Assembly: GCA_963707915.1 (NCBI GenBank)
Contig: OY970178.1
Location: 1,120,001-1,184,000 of the forward strand
DNA from: Candidatus Eiseniibacteriota bacterium
GTDB taxonomy: Bacteria > Eisenbacteria > RBG-16-71-46
DNA length: 64,000 nt
Direction: 5' to 3'
Below, in pieces: positions 53,447 through 62,326 of the stretch. Under the pieces are notes generated by a model that did not search any database, was not told the origin of the DNA, and saw only the letters and a list, made by a program, of their open reading frames with translations. The position numbers were made by a program, and so were the translations under genes. How positions within the stretch are numbered: position 1 is the first letter of the stretch; each line of letters begins with the position of its first letter.

Positions 53447-54385
53447 CTACCGCAGCGACTTGCCGCCGGTGCGGCGCGACCACTCCACGGTCTGGATCAG
53501 CCCGTCGCGGAAGCTCGTCCGCGGGGTCCAGCCCAGCACCTGCTTCGCCCGCGTCGCGTCGAGGTAGATGCGCTGCACCTCACCCGGCCGCGCCGCCTCG
53601 TAGACCGGCTCGCCGGTGAAGCCCAGGATCGTCTTCAGCTCGCGGAAGATGTCGTTCACCGACGTGCCGATCCCGGTGCCGAGGTTCACCATCTCGCCGC
53701 TGCCCAGCGCGAGCGCCCGCTCGTTCCCCTCCACCACGTCCATGACGTAGAGGTAGTCGCGCACCTGCTCGCCCGTGCCGAAGATGTGCGGCGACCTCCC
53801 CTGCAGCATGGCCAGGATGAAGATGGCGTTCACGCCCGCCTCGCCGTGCGGATTCTGGCGCGGCCCGTAGACGTTGGGATAGCGCAGCACCGCGTAGTCG
53901 AGCCCGTGCAGGAGCTTCCAGAGGTAGAGGTAGTGCTCGAGCGTGTGCTTGCTCACGCCGTAGGGCGACTCCGGGTTGACCGGGTGGTCCTCGGTCGCGG
54001 GCAGCTGCCGTCCCTCCCCGTAGAGCGCCCCCCCGGTCGACGCGTAGACGAACTTGCGCACGCCGTGGCGGGTGCAGGCCTGCAACAGGCCCAGCGCGCC
54101 GAGGATGTTGGTGCCGGCGTCGAACACCGGGTCGTCCACCGAGCGGCGCACGTCGATCTGCGCGGCATGGTGGTCCACGACCTCGGGGCGGAACCCGGCG
54201 AAGCAGCGCTCGACCGCGGCGGCGTCCGTGAGGTCTGCTTCGTAGAGCCGGGCGGCGGGATTCACCAGCTCGCGGAACCCGCTGGAGAGGTTGTCGAGCA
54301 CGGCCACCTCGTGCCCGCGCTCGACGAAGCGGTCGACGACGTGCGAGCCGATGAAGCCCGCGCCACCGGTCACCAGGATGCGCAA
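53447..54385 (-). CDS. NAD-dependent epimerase/dehydratase (UDP-glucose 4-epimerase-like)
   Basis: TGGAGFIGSH, DNLSSG, AAQIDVR.S, STGGA.YG, YGVSK, NVYGPRQ...GEAGV; TTG after GGAGG. Confidence 0.93.
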   Translation of the reverse strand: MRILVTGGAGFIGSHVVDRFVERGHEVAVLDNLSSGFRELVNPAARLYEADLTDAAAVERCFAGFRPEVVDHHAAQIDVRRSVDDPVFDAGTNILGALGLLQACTRHGVRKFVYASTGGALYGEGRQLPATEDHPVNPESPYGVSKHTLEHYLYLWKLLHGLDYAVLRYPNVYGPRQNPHGEAGVNAIFILAMLQGRSPHIFGTGEQVRDYLYVMDVVEGNERALALGSGEMVNLGTGIGTSVNDIFRELKTILGFTGEPVYEAARPGEVQRIYLDATRAKQVLGWTPRTSFRDGLIQTVEWSRRTGGKSLR

Positions 54386-54414
54386 GGGGTCCTCCGCCGA
54401 TCGGGTCGCGCGGC

Positions 54415-56637
54415 TCAACTGCCCGCGCTGGTCTCGAGCACCGCGGCCCGGCGTTCGGCCCGCACGCGCCGCATCCAGACCATGAAGCGCAGGCGCTCCC
54501 GCACCTCGAGGTCGCAATCCAGCACCACCGTCTCCCCACGCGATTGGGCGGGCCCTTCGATGGCCACGGGCGATCCGGGCGTGGCCTCCACGGGCTCCTG
54601 CGATCCCTCGACGGGCCCGGGCACCGCGACCACGGAGGCCGCTTCGGTCTCGAGGGCCGGTCCAGCCACGGAGGCCACTTCGATCACGGGGGCCGCTTCG
54701 GCCACGGGGGCCGCTTCGGCCACGGGGGCCGCTTCGATCACGGGGGCCGCTTCAGCCACGGAGGCCACTTCGATCACGGGGGCCGCTTCGATCGCGGGGG
54801 CCGCTTCAGCCACGGGGGCCCCTTCGATCGCGGGGGCCGTCTCTACCTCCGGGCCCACTTCGACCTCGCGGGTCGCCTCCATCGCCGGGGCCGCTTCAGC
54901 CACGGGGGCCACATCGATCACGGGAGCCTCGATGGCGTCAGGCTGCGCGACGACCGCCCGATTCGCGGTGGGCGATGGACCGGGATGCTGCGCCGCGCCG
55001 CCGGACCGGGCTTCGACTCTTGCCTCCATCAACCAGTCCAGGTCGAAGCAGGAGAACGGGATGCCAAGTCGTTCGGAGAGTGCGACCGCCTTCCTCGGAA
55101 GTCGCGGTCCGGGCTCGGCCCACCACGCTTCGAGGACCCGTCCTCCCAGCGGCAGCGCAGCCGCGCGCGTGACCTTCGGCTCGAGGGCCAGGAGCACCCG
55201 GTCGAAGTGCCCGCGCGCATCCTCGAGCAGCGCGCTCAGCTTGTCCCAGCACGCCGCCCGCCCGGGATCGCCGTGGGCCAGGAAGAAGAAGCCGGTGACC
55301 CCCGCCGCCTGCACCGTCCCCAGCAGCGGGATCTCGCCCGCCATGCACTCGCCGAGGCCCCAGCGCAGGTTCCCGCCGAAGCGTTCGTGCAGCCTCAGAC
55401 GCATCCCCGCGTCCACCAGCAGGACGCGCTCGCCCCGCTCGGTGAACCCGCCGGCCAGCGCGGCCGCGGCGTCCCCGATGCGCGCGCGGTCCGGTCCGCT
55501 CACGAGGTGAAGCCAACCCAGCTCCGCGTCCCAGGCCCGGAGCGCATCGCGGGACAACCGCTCGGCGCGCGGGTCCGGCGCGGCCCGGAAACCACGGGGC
55601 GCCCGCGCGGCGCGCCGCCGGGAGCGCCGCAACAGCCACGGCGCGGAAAGGACCAGGGCGAGCGCGGCCCCGGCGAGCGCGCCCGCCGCGGTGAGCGCGC
55701 CCCAGGTCCGCGCGACGGGGATCGCCCGCGACGCGGGCCCCCAGGTGCCGTGCATGAAGACCGCCGCGGCGGGGTCCGGGGCCAGGCGCTCGAGCGACAG
55801 CGCCCGCCCGAAGGCCTCGCTCACCACCGCATCGTACTGGGACCTGGACAGGCCCGCCTCGAGCGCGCGTTCCGCCTGGTCGAGCAACGGCGCACGCGTC
55901 CGTTCGTGCCACCTCCACGCCGCCTCGATCCGCGCGCGCGGGTCAGGCGCCGGCTCCGCGGCCAGGGACCTCAGCCACTCCCCCTCGGCAGCCGCGCAGG
56001 CGGTGAGCGCGGAAGCCAGCGAATCCGGCCGGGCGGCCAGGGCCAGGCGCACGACTTCGTCCTCGGCCCGCGTCAGCCGCGCCCGCTGCGCCACGCTGGC
56101 CGGCGTCTCGAACGGGGCCTGCGGGGCCACACGCAGGTCCACCAGGGCGACCAGCAGCAACCGCGCCCGGACGAGCACCGCGCACTGGCCGGCGGGCGGC
56201 AGCGCCGTCGTCACCGTCGGTGCGGGTTCGGCACGCCAGCGCTGGCGGGCCTCGGCACGGCGCGCGGCGGATGCGTCCACCCCGCTCAGGCGGCGACGCT
56301 GCAGGTCGCGGGCGAGGGCCTCCGTCCCCGTGGCCGTGAACGAACGCACGGCCAGCAGCGTGCGGTCCCGGTCCGCGACGGGAGCGGCCTGCTCGCCTGC
56401 TTGCCTGGGCCGCGGCCACTCCCCGGGGGCGGGCGGACCTCCCTGCCAGGCCACGCGGGACTCGAACAGGGGGACGCCGACGACGGCGAAACGCTCGGAC
56501 GAGATCCCCAGGAGGCCGGCGACCGGCAGAGCGGCACCCAGCAGGGCGCCCGCCAGGATCGCGACGCCCAGGCGTCCCCGCGCACCGGGTCGGCGGGTGG
56601 CGTCCGGAGGATGGGTGGCGTCTTCCCTGGCGCTCAT
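54415..56637 (-). CDS. Membrane protein with degenerate Wzc/CpsD-like P-loop domain and acidic repeat tail
   Basis: Two TM segments flanking a large loop; HLVSG...A..LA..F...[15 protein letters not shown] resembles BY-kinase domains. Confidence 0.55.
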   Translation of the reverse strand: MSAREDATHPPDATRRPGARGRLGVAILAGALLGAALPVAGLLGISSERFAVVGVPLFESRVAWQGGPPAPGEWPRPRQAGEQAAPVADRDRTLLAVRSFTATGTEALARDLQRRRLSGVDASAARRAEARQRWRAEPAPTVTTALPPAGQCAVLVRARLLLVALVDLRVAPQAPFETPASVAQRARLTRAEDEVVRLALAARPDSLASALTACAAAEGEWLRSLAAEPAPDPRARIEAAWRWHERTRAPLLDQAERALEAGLSRSQYDAVVSEAFGRALSLERLAPDPAAAVFMHGTWGPASRAIPVARTWGALTAAGALAGAALALVLSAPWLLRRSRRRAARAPRGFRAAPDPRAERLSRDALRAWDAELGWLHLVSGPDRARIGDAAAALAGGFTERGERVLLVDAGMRLRLHERFGGNLRWGLGECMAGEIPLLGTVQAAGVTGFFFLAHGDPGRAACWDKLSALLEDARGHFDRVLLALEPKVTRAAALPLGGRVLEAWWAEPGPRLPRKAVALSERLGIPFSCFDLDWLMEARVEARSGGAAQHPGPSPTANRAVVAQPDAIEAPVIDVAPVAEAAPAMEATREVEVGPEVETAPAIEGAPVAEAAPAIEAAPVIEVASVAEAAPVIEAAPVAEAAPVAEAAPVIEVASVAGPALETEAASVVAVPGPVEGSQEPVEATPGSPVAIEGPAQSRGETVVLDCDLEVRERLRFMVWMRRVRAERRAAVLETSAGS
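54630..54935 (-). repeat. Intragenic 18-bp tandem repeat encoding (A-P-V/A-I/A-E-A/V)n
   Basis: Recurrent plus-strand unit CACGGGGGCCGCTTCG(AT/GC); protein [18 protein letters not shown]... Confidence 0.85.
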
Positions 56638-56695
56638 CGGGTGGGTTTCGGGCTCCTTCCCTGGACAGGGCAGCCCTCATGGACCGCCGGAACGG

Positions 56696-56724
56696 AAGTT
56701 AGACGCCGGGCCGGGGCCGGTCAA
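56696..56724 (-). promoter_or_regulatory. Putative sigma70 promoter for the Wzc-like gene and epimerase
   Basis: TTGACC-N17-TAACTT. Confidence 0.55.
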
Positions 56725-56732
56725 GGCCCCGC

Positions 56733-58526
56733 TCAGGCGGCGGCCGCCCTGCCTTCCGAACCCGTGTCGCCCGCTTCTTCCTGGCGCACGTCGGACCGCG
56801 GCAGGAGGAAGTAGAAGGTGCTGCCCTCGCCCGGCACGCTGTCGACGCCGATGGTGCCGCCGTGCTGCTCGACGATCCCCTTGCAGATCACCAGGCCCAG
56901 GCCCGTGCCTCCCACCCGGCGCGTGGAGCCGCTGTCGATCTGGGAGAACTTGCGGAAGAGCTTGTGGATGTCCCCGGGGCTGATGCCCTCGCCGCAGTCA
57001 CGCACGCTGACCCGCATCATCGGGCCCTCCGTCGCGACCCGGACCTCGATGCGTCCTTCGGGCGCCGAGAACTTGATGGCGTTCGACAACAGGTTGGTGA
57101 GCACCTGGGCGATGCGGTTCGAGTCCATCCGGAGGTCGGGCAGGCCGGGCTCGAAGCTGCAATCGAGGACGATGTGGCGCTCCGCGATCAGGGTGCGCAG
57201 GTTCTGCACCGCCTGCCGGACCACCGGCTCCAGGCCCTCGACCGCCATGCACATCGGCAGCGAGGCGGACTCGAGCTTCGAGAAGTCGAGGATGTCGTTG
57301 ATGAGCACCAGCAGCCGCTCGGCGTTGGCGTGGGCGATGTTCAGCAGCTTGGCCTGCTGCTCGTTGTTCTGGAAGTAGCGGTCGTCGGTGAGCAACTCCA
57401 CCGCGCCCTTGACCGACGTGAGCGGGGTGCGGATCTCGTGCGAGACCACCGCCACGAACTCGGACTTGAGGCGGTCGAGGACGCGGGTGTGCTCGTAGAG
57501 CCGCGAGTTGTGAACGGCGATGGCGGCTTCCGACGCGTAGAGCTCGAGGAACTTCTCGTCCGCCGCGCTGAACCCGCCCGGCTTGTCGAGCATGACCAGC
57601 AGTCCGAAGACCTGCTGGCCCGCCGACAGCGAGAGCGGCATCGCCAGCAGGGACTCGAACCGCTGCCCGCCGAGCAGCGGCAGCTCGATCGGGTGCTCCG
57701 CCGAGGCCACGCGGCGCACCGCCCGGTAGTCGGGGTGGTCGAAGCCGATGGCCCGCTCGGCCGTGAAGAAGTGGACCCGGTCGGCCTCGCCGCCCGGGAG
57801 CCCCAGCCCGTGGGCCGCGGCCACGCGGCCCTCCTCGGTCTCCTCGAGGCGCAGGTAGACCACGACGGCGCGGGCGCCCGACAGCTCGGCGGCCTTCGAG
57901 GCCACCGTGGCGACCCGCGGGTCGAGCTCGAGATCCGCGCTGATCTCCTTGCCCACCTCGTACAGGGTCCTCATCTGGTGGGTCGCCAGCCGGACCTGCT
58001 CGCGCAACTCCTGCTCGTGGTTGCTCAGGATCTCGTTCTTCTGGCTCAGCTCCTCGACCAGCTGGCGGTTGACGGCGCGCAGCCGGCGGTTGGCCAGCGC
58101 CCGCTCGACGCTGCTCTGCACGTCGTCCAGCTCGAACGGCTTGATGATGTAGTCGTAGGCCCCCTGCCGGATCGCGTCGATGGCCACGGCGGTGGTGGTC
58201 TCGCCGGTGATCAGGATGACCATGGTCTCGTCGTCCGCCTGCCGCGCGAAGCGCATCACGTCGAGGCCCGTGAGACCCGACATGTTGAGGTCGGAGAGCA
58301 CGGCGTCGGGCCGGTAGACGGGGATGCGCGCCACGGCGGCCTCGCCGTTCGCGGCCACCTCGACCTCGTAGCCGAGGGTGGTGAGGAACTCCTGCAGCAG
58401 CTCGGTGACCGTGGCCTCGTCGTCGACCACGAGCAGGCGGGCGGGCGGGCCGCCGCCCACCGCGGTCACGGGGCCGGGAAGCGGGCGGCCTTCGCCGGCC
58501 GGGGGCGTTCCGGGCTCACTGGACAC
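56733..58526 (-). CDS. Hybrid histidine kinase (REC-coiled coil-GAF-HisKA-HATPase)
   Basis: LLVVDDE..SDLNM..KPF, GAF-like segment, VSHEIRTPL, QVLTNLLSNAIKF, GGTGLGL. Confidence 0.93.
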   Translation of the reverse strand: MSSEPGTPPAGEGRPLPGPVTAVGGGPPARLLVVDDEATVTELLQEFLTTLGYEVEVAANGEAAVARIPVYRPDAVLSDLNMSGLTGLDVMRFARQADDETMVILITGETTTAVAIDAIRQGAYDYIIKPFELDDVQSSVERALANRRLRAVNRQLVEELSQKNEILSNHEQELREQVRLATHQMRTLYEVGKEISADLELDPRVATVASKAAELSGARAVVVYLRLEETEEGRVAAAHGLGLPGGEADRVHFFTAERAIGFDHPDYRAVRRVASAEHPIELPLLGGQRFESLLAMPLSLSAGQQVFGLLVMLDKPGGFSAADEKFLELYASEAAIAVHNSRLYEHTRVLDRLKSEFVAVVSHEIRTPLTSVKGAVELLTDDRYFQNNEQQAKLLNIAHANAERLLVLINDILDFSKLESASLPMCMAVEGLEPVVRQAVQNLRTLIAERHIVLDCSFEPGLPDLRMDSNRIAQVLTNLLSNAIKFSAPEGRIEVRVATEGPMMRVSVRDCGEGISPGDIHKLFRKFSQIDSGSTRRVGGTGLGLVICKGIVEQHGGTIGVDSVPGEGSTFYFLLPRSDVRQEEAGDTGSEGRAAAA

Positions 58527-59322
58527 CGGCGGCCTCCGCTGCGACCACCCGGCGGCGGCCGGCCTTGACGGCCAGCGCCAGGGCCCGTTCGGCGCGGTCC
58601 ATGAGCTCGACGCTCTGGAGGCCGTCGCGCGGGCTCGCCGCGACCCCGGCGCTCACGCCCAGGCGGCCGGCGCGCGCGAAGCGGTGCTCCTCGGTGGTGC
58701 GGCGCAGACGCTCGGCGACGCGCAGCGCGGCGATCGGCTCGGTCTCCGGCAGCAGCACGGCGAAACGGCCGCCGGGCAGACGCGCCAGCGCGTCCGTCTC
58801 CCGCAGGGCGAGCCGCAGGACGAGCGCGGCCTCTCCCAGCACGGCGCGGGCCACCGAGGCGCCGTAGCGCTTCGCCAGCGCCGGGAAGCGGTCCAGTTCC
58901 ACGATGGTCACCGCCAGCGGCGCACCGTGCACGCGCACGCGGGCCAGTTCGTCGTCGAGCCGCTGCTGGAAGGCGTGCGCGTCGGGCAGTCCGGTCGCGG
59001 GGTCACGGCCGGGCTGACGACGCAGCCGTTCCAGTTCGAAGCGCGCGCCGAGGGCGGCGCCGAGCGCGCCGGACGCGGCGCGCACGAGGCCGAGCTGGGC
59101 GGGCTGCCAGTGCTGGCCGCGGCGCGCGAGCAGCTCGATCGTCCCCACGCGCTCGCTGCCGCGCAGCAACGGGACCGCCAGGCAGTCACGCAGGTCGCCG
59201 GGCCGGACCGACCATTCCCCGCAGGTCTGCCAGGGCTCGAGATCGCCGGACGGGCCGCGCGCCCGCAGGATCACGGCGTCGCAGTCGAAGGCCGTGCGCA
59301 GGCCGGCCAGCGCACGTTCCAA
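58516..59322 (-). CDS. GAF-like plus degenerate GGDEF-domain protein (true start probably further upstream)
   Basis: RDPATGLPD, ELDRF, RYG, LRETD.LARLPGGRFAVLLP, VSAGVA, A..AL..A..AGR. Confidence 0.8.
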   Translation of the reverse strand: MERALAGLRTAFDCDAVILRARGPSGDLEPWQTCGEWSVRPGDLRDCLAVPLLRGSERVGTIELLARRGQHWQPAQLGLVRAASGALGAALGARFELERLRRQPGRDPATGLPDAHAFQQRLDDELARVRVHGAPLAVTIVELDRFPALAKRYGASVARAVLGEAALVLRLALRETDALARLPGGRFAVLLPETEPIAALRVAERLRRTTEEHRFARAGRLGVSAGVAASPRDGLQSVELMDRAERALALAVKAGRRRVVAAEAAGVQ

Positions 59323-59505
59323 GGTCTTGCGCTCGACCGCGGCCGAGAGCAGCGCCTCGCACGCCTGCCACAGCGAACGCGAAGCGCGGCGGCGCTCCCC
59401 CCCGCACCCTGCGGGTCGGAGGCGCGCACCGTCGCCGGCCCCGGGGCCGGCGGCGCGGCCGGGCCGGGCCGGCGCGTGCGGGCGGGGCCGGTGCGCACGT
59501 CCGGC

Positions 59506-59901
59506 TCAGGCCGCACGGGACGTCGGCTCCGATCCGCGCTCGCGGGCCAGCACCGCGAGGGCGGACTTGAGGGTGTTGAGCCGGTGCGCGGCGTCCCGGA
59601 TGCGATCGGACTCACGGAGCACGACCTCCAGTCGGTCCCGGGCCCCCGGGACCGCGCCGGCGGGTCCCATGAGCAGGAGCTGGGCGTTGCCGCGCACCCC
59701 CACGAGGGCATTGTTGATGTCGTGGTAGACGCCGAGCTGGCGGACCAGCTCGTCCGTCCACCGCAGGTGGTCCTGCCACCAGTTCTCCAGCGCGGCGCAC
59801 AACTCGTCCGAGAGCTCGCCCTGGCCCGCGGCCTCGAGGCGGCCGGCCACGTCCAGCAGGGCCGAGCGCAGCGCGGCGTGCGGGGCGCCGGGCATCGTCA
59901 T
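59506..59901 (-). CDS. Stand-alone HisKA/DHp-domain protein (no ATPase domain)
   Basis: H-box YHDINNALVGVRGNAQLLL and second helix RLEVVLRESDRI; 131 aa. Confidence 0.7.
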   Translation of the reverse strand: MTMPGAPHAALRSALLDVAGRLEAAGQGELSDELCAALENWWQDHLRWTDELVRQLGVYHDINNALVGVRGNAQLLLMGPAGAVPGARDRLEVVLRESDRIRDAAHRLNTLKSALAVLARERGSEPTSRAA

Positions 59902-59918
59902 GTCCGCCGGGGCCGGGC

Positions 59919-60806
59919 TCAAGCCGCCAGCTCCTCGCTCGCCAGCGCCTTGTGCAGCCGCAGCCGCAGCCGGGCCATGGCGCGCGTGTGGACCTGCGAG
60001 ACCCGCGACTCGGAGATCCCGAGCGTGCGGCCGATCTCCTTGAGCGTGAGGTGCTCGTAGTAGTAGAGCGCCACCACGAGCCGCTCCTGCTCGGGCAGCA
60101 GGTCGAGCGTGCGCAGCAGGACCAGGCGCGTCTGCTCGTCTTCGAGCCGCGCGTCCAGGTCCACGGCGTGCGGGTCCGGCAGGTGCTCGCCCAGCGTCGT
60201 GGACTCCTGGTCCTCGCTCGAACGGGCCTCGTCCAGCGACACGAGCACCGCCCCGCGGACGTGGTCGAAGAGCCGGTAGAACTCGTTGCGGTTCATCTTG
60301 AGCTCGCGGGCCAACTCGTCCTCGGAGGCCGCGCGACCGAGCTTCTGGTCGAGCGCGCGGGTCACGCCGTCCAGCGTGCGCGCCTTGCGGCGCATCGAGC
60401 GCGACACCCAGTCGAGCGAGCGCAACTGGTCCAGCACGGCGCCCTTGATGCGCCACACGGCGTAGGTCTCGAACTTCACGCCCTTGCGCAGGTCGAACTT
60501 GGCGTGCGCGTCCAGCAGTCCCAGGACGCCCGCCGAGTAGAGGTCCTCGTGGTCCACGTTGCGCGGCAGGGTGGTGGCCACGCGTTCGACCACGTGCCTC
60601 ACCAGCGGCGCGAAGCGGCTCAGCAGCTCCTCCTTCGAGTAGGTCACGGGCGCCGGCGCCGGCACCAGGCGCAGGACGCGGGGCGCCGCGCTGCCCGCGC
60701 GGGGTGCGGACGCGGCCCGGCCCGGGGCCGGGCCCCGGGTGCGCGCGGGTACGGCAGGCTTCGCAACGCGGGTGCGCGTGCGGGTCGCGGCGGAGGGGCG
60801 TGCCAT
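59919..60806 (-). CDS. fliA: RNA polymerase sigma factor, FliA/WhiG (sigma28) family
   Basis: DLYSAG.LGL, KFETYA.WRIKGA.LD.LR.LDW..RS.R, LYYYE.LTLKEIG..LGISESRVSQ.H; GAGGAG RBS. Confidence 0.93.
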   Translation of the reverse strand: MARPSAATRTRTRVAKPAVPARTRGPAPGRAASAPRAGSAAPRVLRLVPAPAPVTYSKEELLSRFAPLVRHVVERVATTLPRNVDHEDLYSAGVLGLLDAHAKFDLRKGVKFETYAVWRIKGAVLDQLRSLDWVSRSMRRKARTLDGVTRALDQKLGRAASEDELARELKMNRNEFYRLFDHVRGAVLVSLDEARSSEDQESTTLGEHLPDPHAVDLDARLEDEQTRLVLLRTLDLLPEQERLVVALYYYEHLTLKEIGRTLGISESRVSQVHTRAMARLRLRLHKALASEELAA

Positions 60807-60816
60807 GGGGTTCTCC

Positions 60817-61764
60817 TCAGGCTCCGAGCCGCTGGCGATCGCGACGTGCGTCCGCCGGCAGGCGCTCGGGGTGGGTCTCTTCGATCGGCGGCTCGGGCGG
60901 CGGCGGCGTCCACAGACGCAGGGCCAGGGCGCGGTAGGCCGCGGCGGCCGGCGACTGCGGGAAGGCGGTCACGACCGGCTCCTGGCGCCGCACGGCGCGC
61001 GGGATGGCCGGGTCCTCGGGGATCGCGCCGAGGGACTGGAGTTCGAGGTGCAGGAAGCGCCGGGCCACGAGCCGGATGCGGTGCGCGGTCTCCTCGGCCT
61101 CCTCGGCGCTGCTCGCCTGGCTCACCAGCAGGTACGGCGCCTTGCGGATGCCCTGGGCGCTCAGGACCTTGATCAGGCCGTAGGCGTCGGCGAAGGCCGG
61201 CATCTCGGGCGTCGTCATCACGATCACGTCGTCCGCGGCCAGGCACAGCGCGAGCGCGTCGCGCGTCACGCCCGAGGCCGTGTCCGCGATGACCAGGTCC
61301 GCCTCGCCGTCCAGCGTGCCGATGCCGCGCAGCAGGAGCTCGCGCCGGTAGTCGTCCAACTCGGCCAGCTCGGGCACGTCCGAGGCCGCGGGGATGAGGC
61401 GCACGCCGCCCGGCCCGTCCACCAGGACCTCCTCGAGCGTGCGCTCGCCGGCGAGCACGTGCTGCAGGTCGTAGCGCGGGTGGACCCCCAGCAACAGGTC
61501 GAGGTTGGCCTGCGAGAAGTCGGCGTCGAGCAGCAGCACGCGCGCACCGTTGTCGCCCATGGCCACCGCCAGGTTCGCGCACAGGTTGCTCTTGCCCACG
61601 CCGCCCTTGCCGCTCGCTACCACGAGCATGCGGGTGTGCGGGCGATCCCAGTTCGCGGGATGGTCGTGGAACGCGCCGGACGGCGCGACCCGCGGCATGA
61701 CGCGCAGCGGCCCCGCCGGGGACGGACCGCGGCGGGGGCCGCCGGAAGCGCGATCGGTGGCCAT
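60817..61764 (-). CDS. flhG: FlhG/FleN-like MinD/ParA ATPase
   Basis: ASGKGGVGKSN, LDAD...ANLD.LLG, PAAS, ADTASG, TTPE..A.ADAY.LIK; directly upstream of fliA. Confidence 0.85.
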   Translation of the reverse strand: MATDRASGGPRRGPSPAGPLRVMPRVAPSGAFHDHPANWDRPHTRMLVVASGKGGVGKSNLCANLAVAMGDNGARVLLLDADFSQANLDLLLGVHPRYDLQHVLAGERTLEEVLVDGPGGVRLIPAASDVPELAELDDYRRELLLRGIGTLDGEADLVIADTASGVTRDALALCLAADDVIVMTTPEMPAFADAYGLIKVLSAQGIRKAPYLLVSQASSAEEAEETAHRIRLVARRFLHLELQSLGAIPEDPAIPRAVRRQEPVVTAFPQSPAAAAYRALALRLWTPPPPEPPIEETHPERLPADARRDRQRLGA

Positions 61765-62021
61765 CAGTGGCCTGCGCCCGACCGGGTGGCGCGGGACCGT
61801 GGCGCGGCCGGCAGCGCGAAGAGCGCCGAGAGGAACTCCCAGTAGCGCAGCTGCTCGCGGCAGCGGTGCAGCGGCTCCTCGAGGCCGAGCCGCTCCAGGC
61901 GGCGCTCCTCCTCGCGCAACGAGGCCAGCGCGGCGCGCGACTGGTCGGCGCGCAGCGCGGGCGTGGGCGGGATGGCGCGGCGCGGGTCGGAGCGGGACGT
62001 GAGCGCGGGCTGGCGGTTCAC
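61764..62021 (-). CDS. Hypothetical 85-aa helical protein
   Basis: GTG overlaps the upstream stop and its stop overlaps the flhG ATG; amphipathic LASLREEERRLERLGL...QLRYWEFLSALF. Confidence 0.6.
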   Translation of the reverse strand: MNRQPALTSRSDPRRAIPPTPALRADQSRAALASLREEERRLERLGLEEPLHRCREQLRYWEFLSALFALPAAPRSRATRSGAGH

Positions 62022-62326
62022 GACGCCCTCCGCAGGCGCGCGGCCGGGGTCGCGAAGCGCGGCAGGCCCGCCCGCGCGACGCCGCCGCCGACCCGCTCGC
62101 GAAGCTGCGAGAGCAGCGCGGCGTAGGAGCGCTCGATGCGGGCGGCCGGGACGCCGAGCACGCTCGCCGCCTCGGAGGGCGTCAGGCGCTCGAAGAGCAG
62201 CAGGGCGAGGAGCACGCGTTCGCGCACGGCGCACCCGCTGAGGGCGCGTGCCACGACCTCGCGGCAGTCGTGCCGGGGGAGCGCGACCAGGCGGTGCGAG
62301 GACGGGGCCGGACGGCGCGGGCGCAT
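62018..62326 (-). CDS. Stand-alone sigma70 region-4 (FliA sigma4-like) HTH protein
   Basis: RERVLLALLLFERLTPSEAASVLGV...RI aligns without gaps to the C-terminus of the neighbouring FliA. Confidence 0.7.
   Translation of the reverse strand: MRPRRPAPSSHRLVALPRHDCREVVARALSGCAVRERVLLALLLFERLTPSEAASVLGVPAARIERSYAALLSQLRERVGGGVARAGLPRFATPAARLRRAS

Noticed and set aside
61764..62021. 85-aa protein as an RsiG (WhiG anti-sigma) homolog
   Set aside because: The LxxLREEERRL resemblance is superficial; the ExxxSxxRxxxQxxxD c-di-GMP motif is absent
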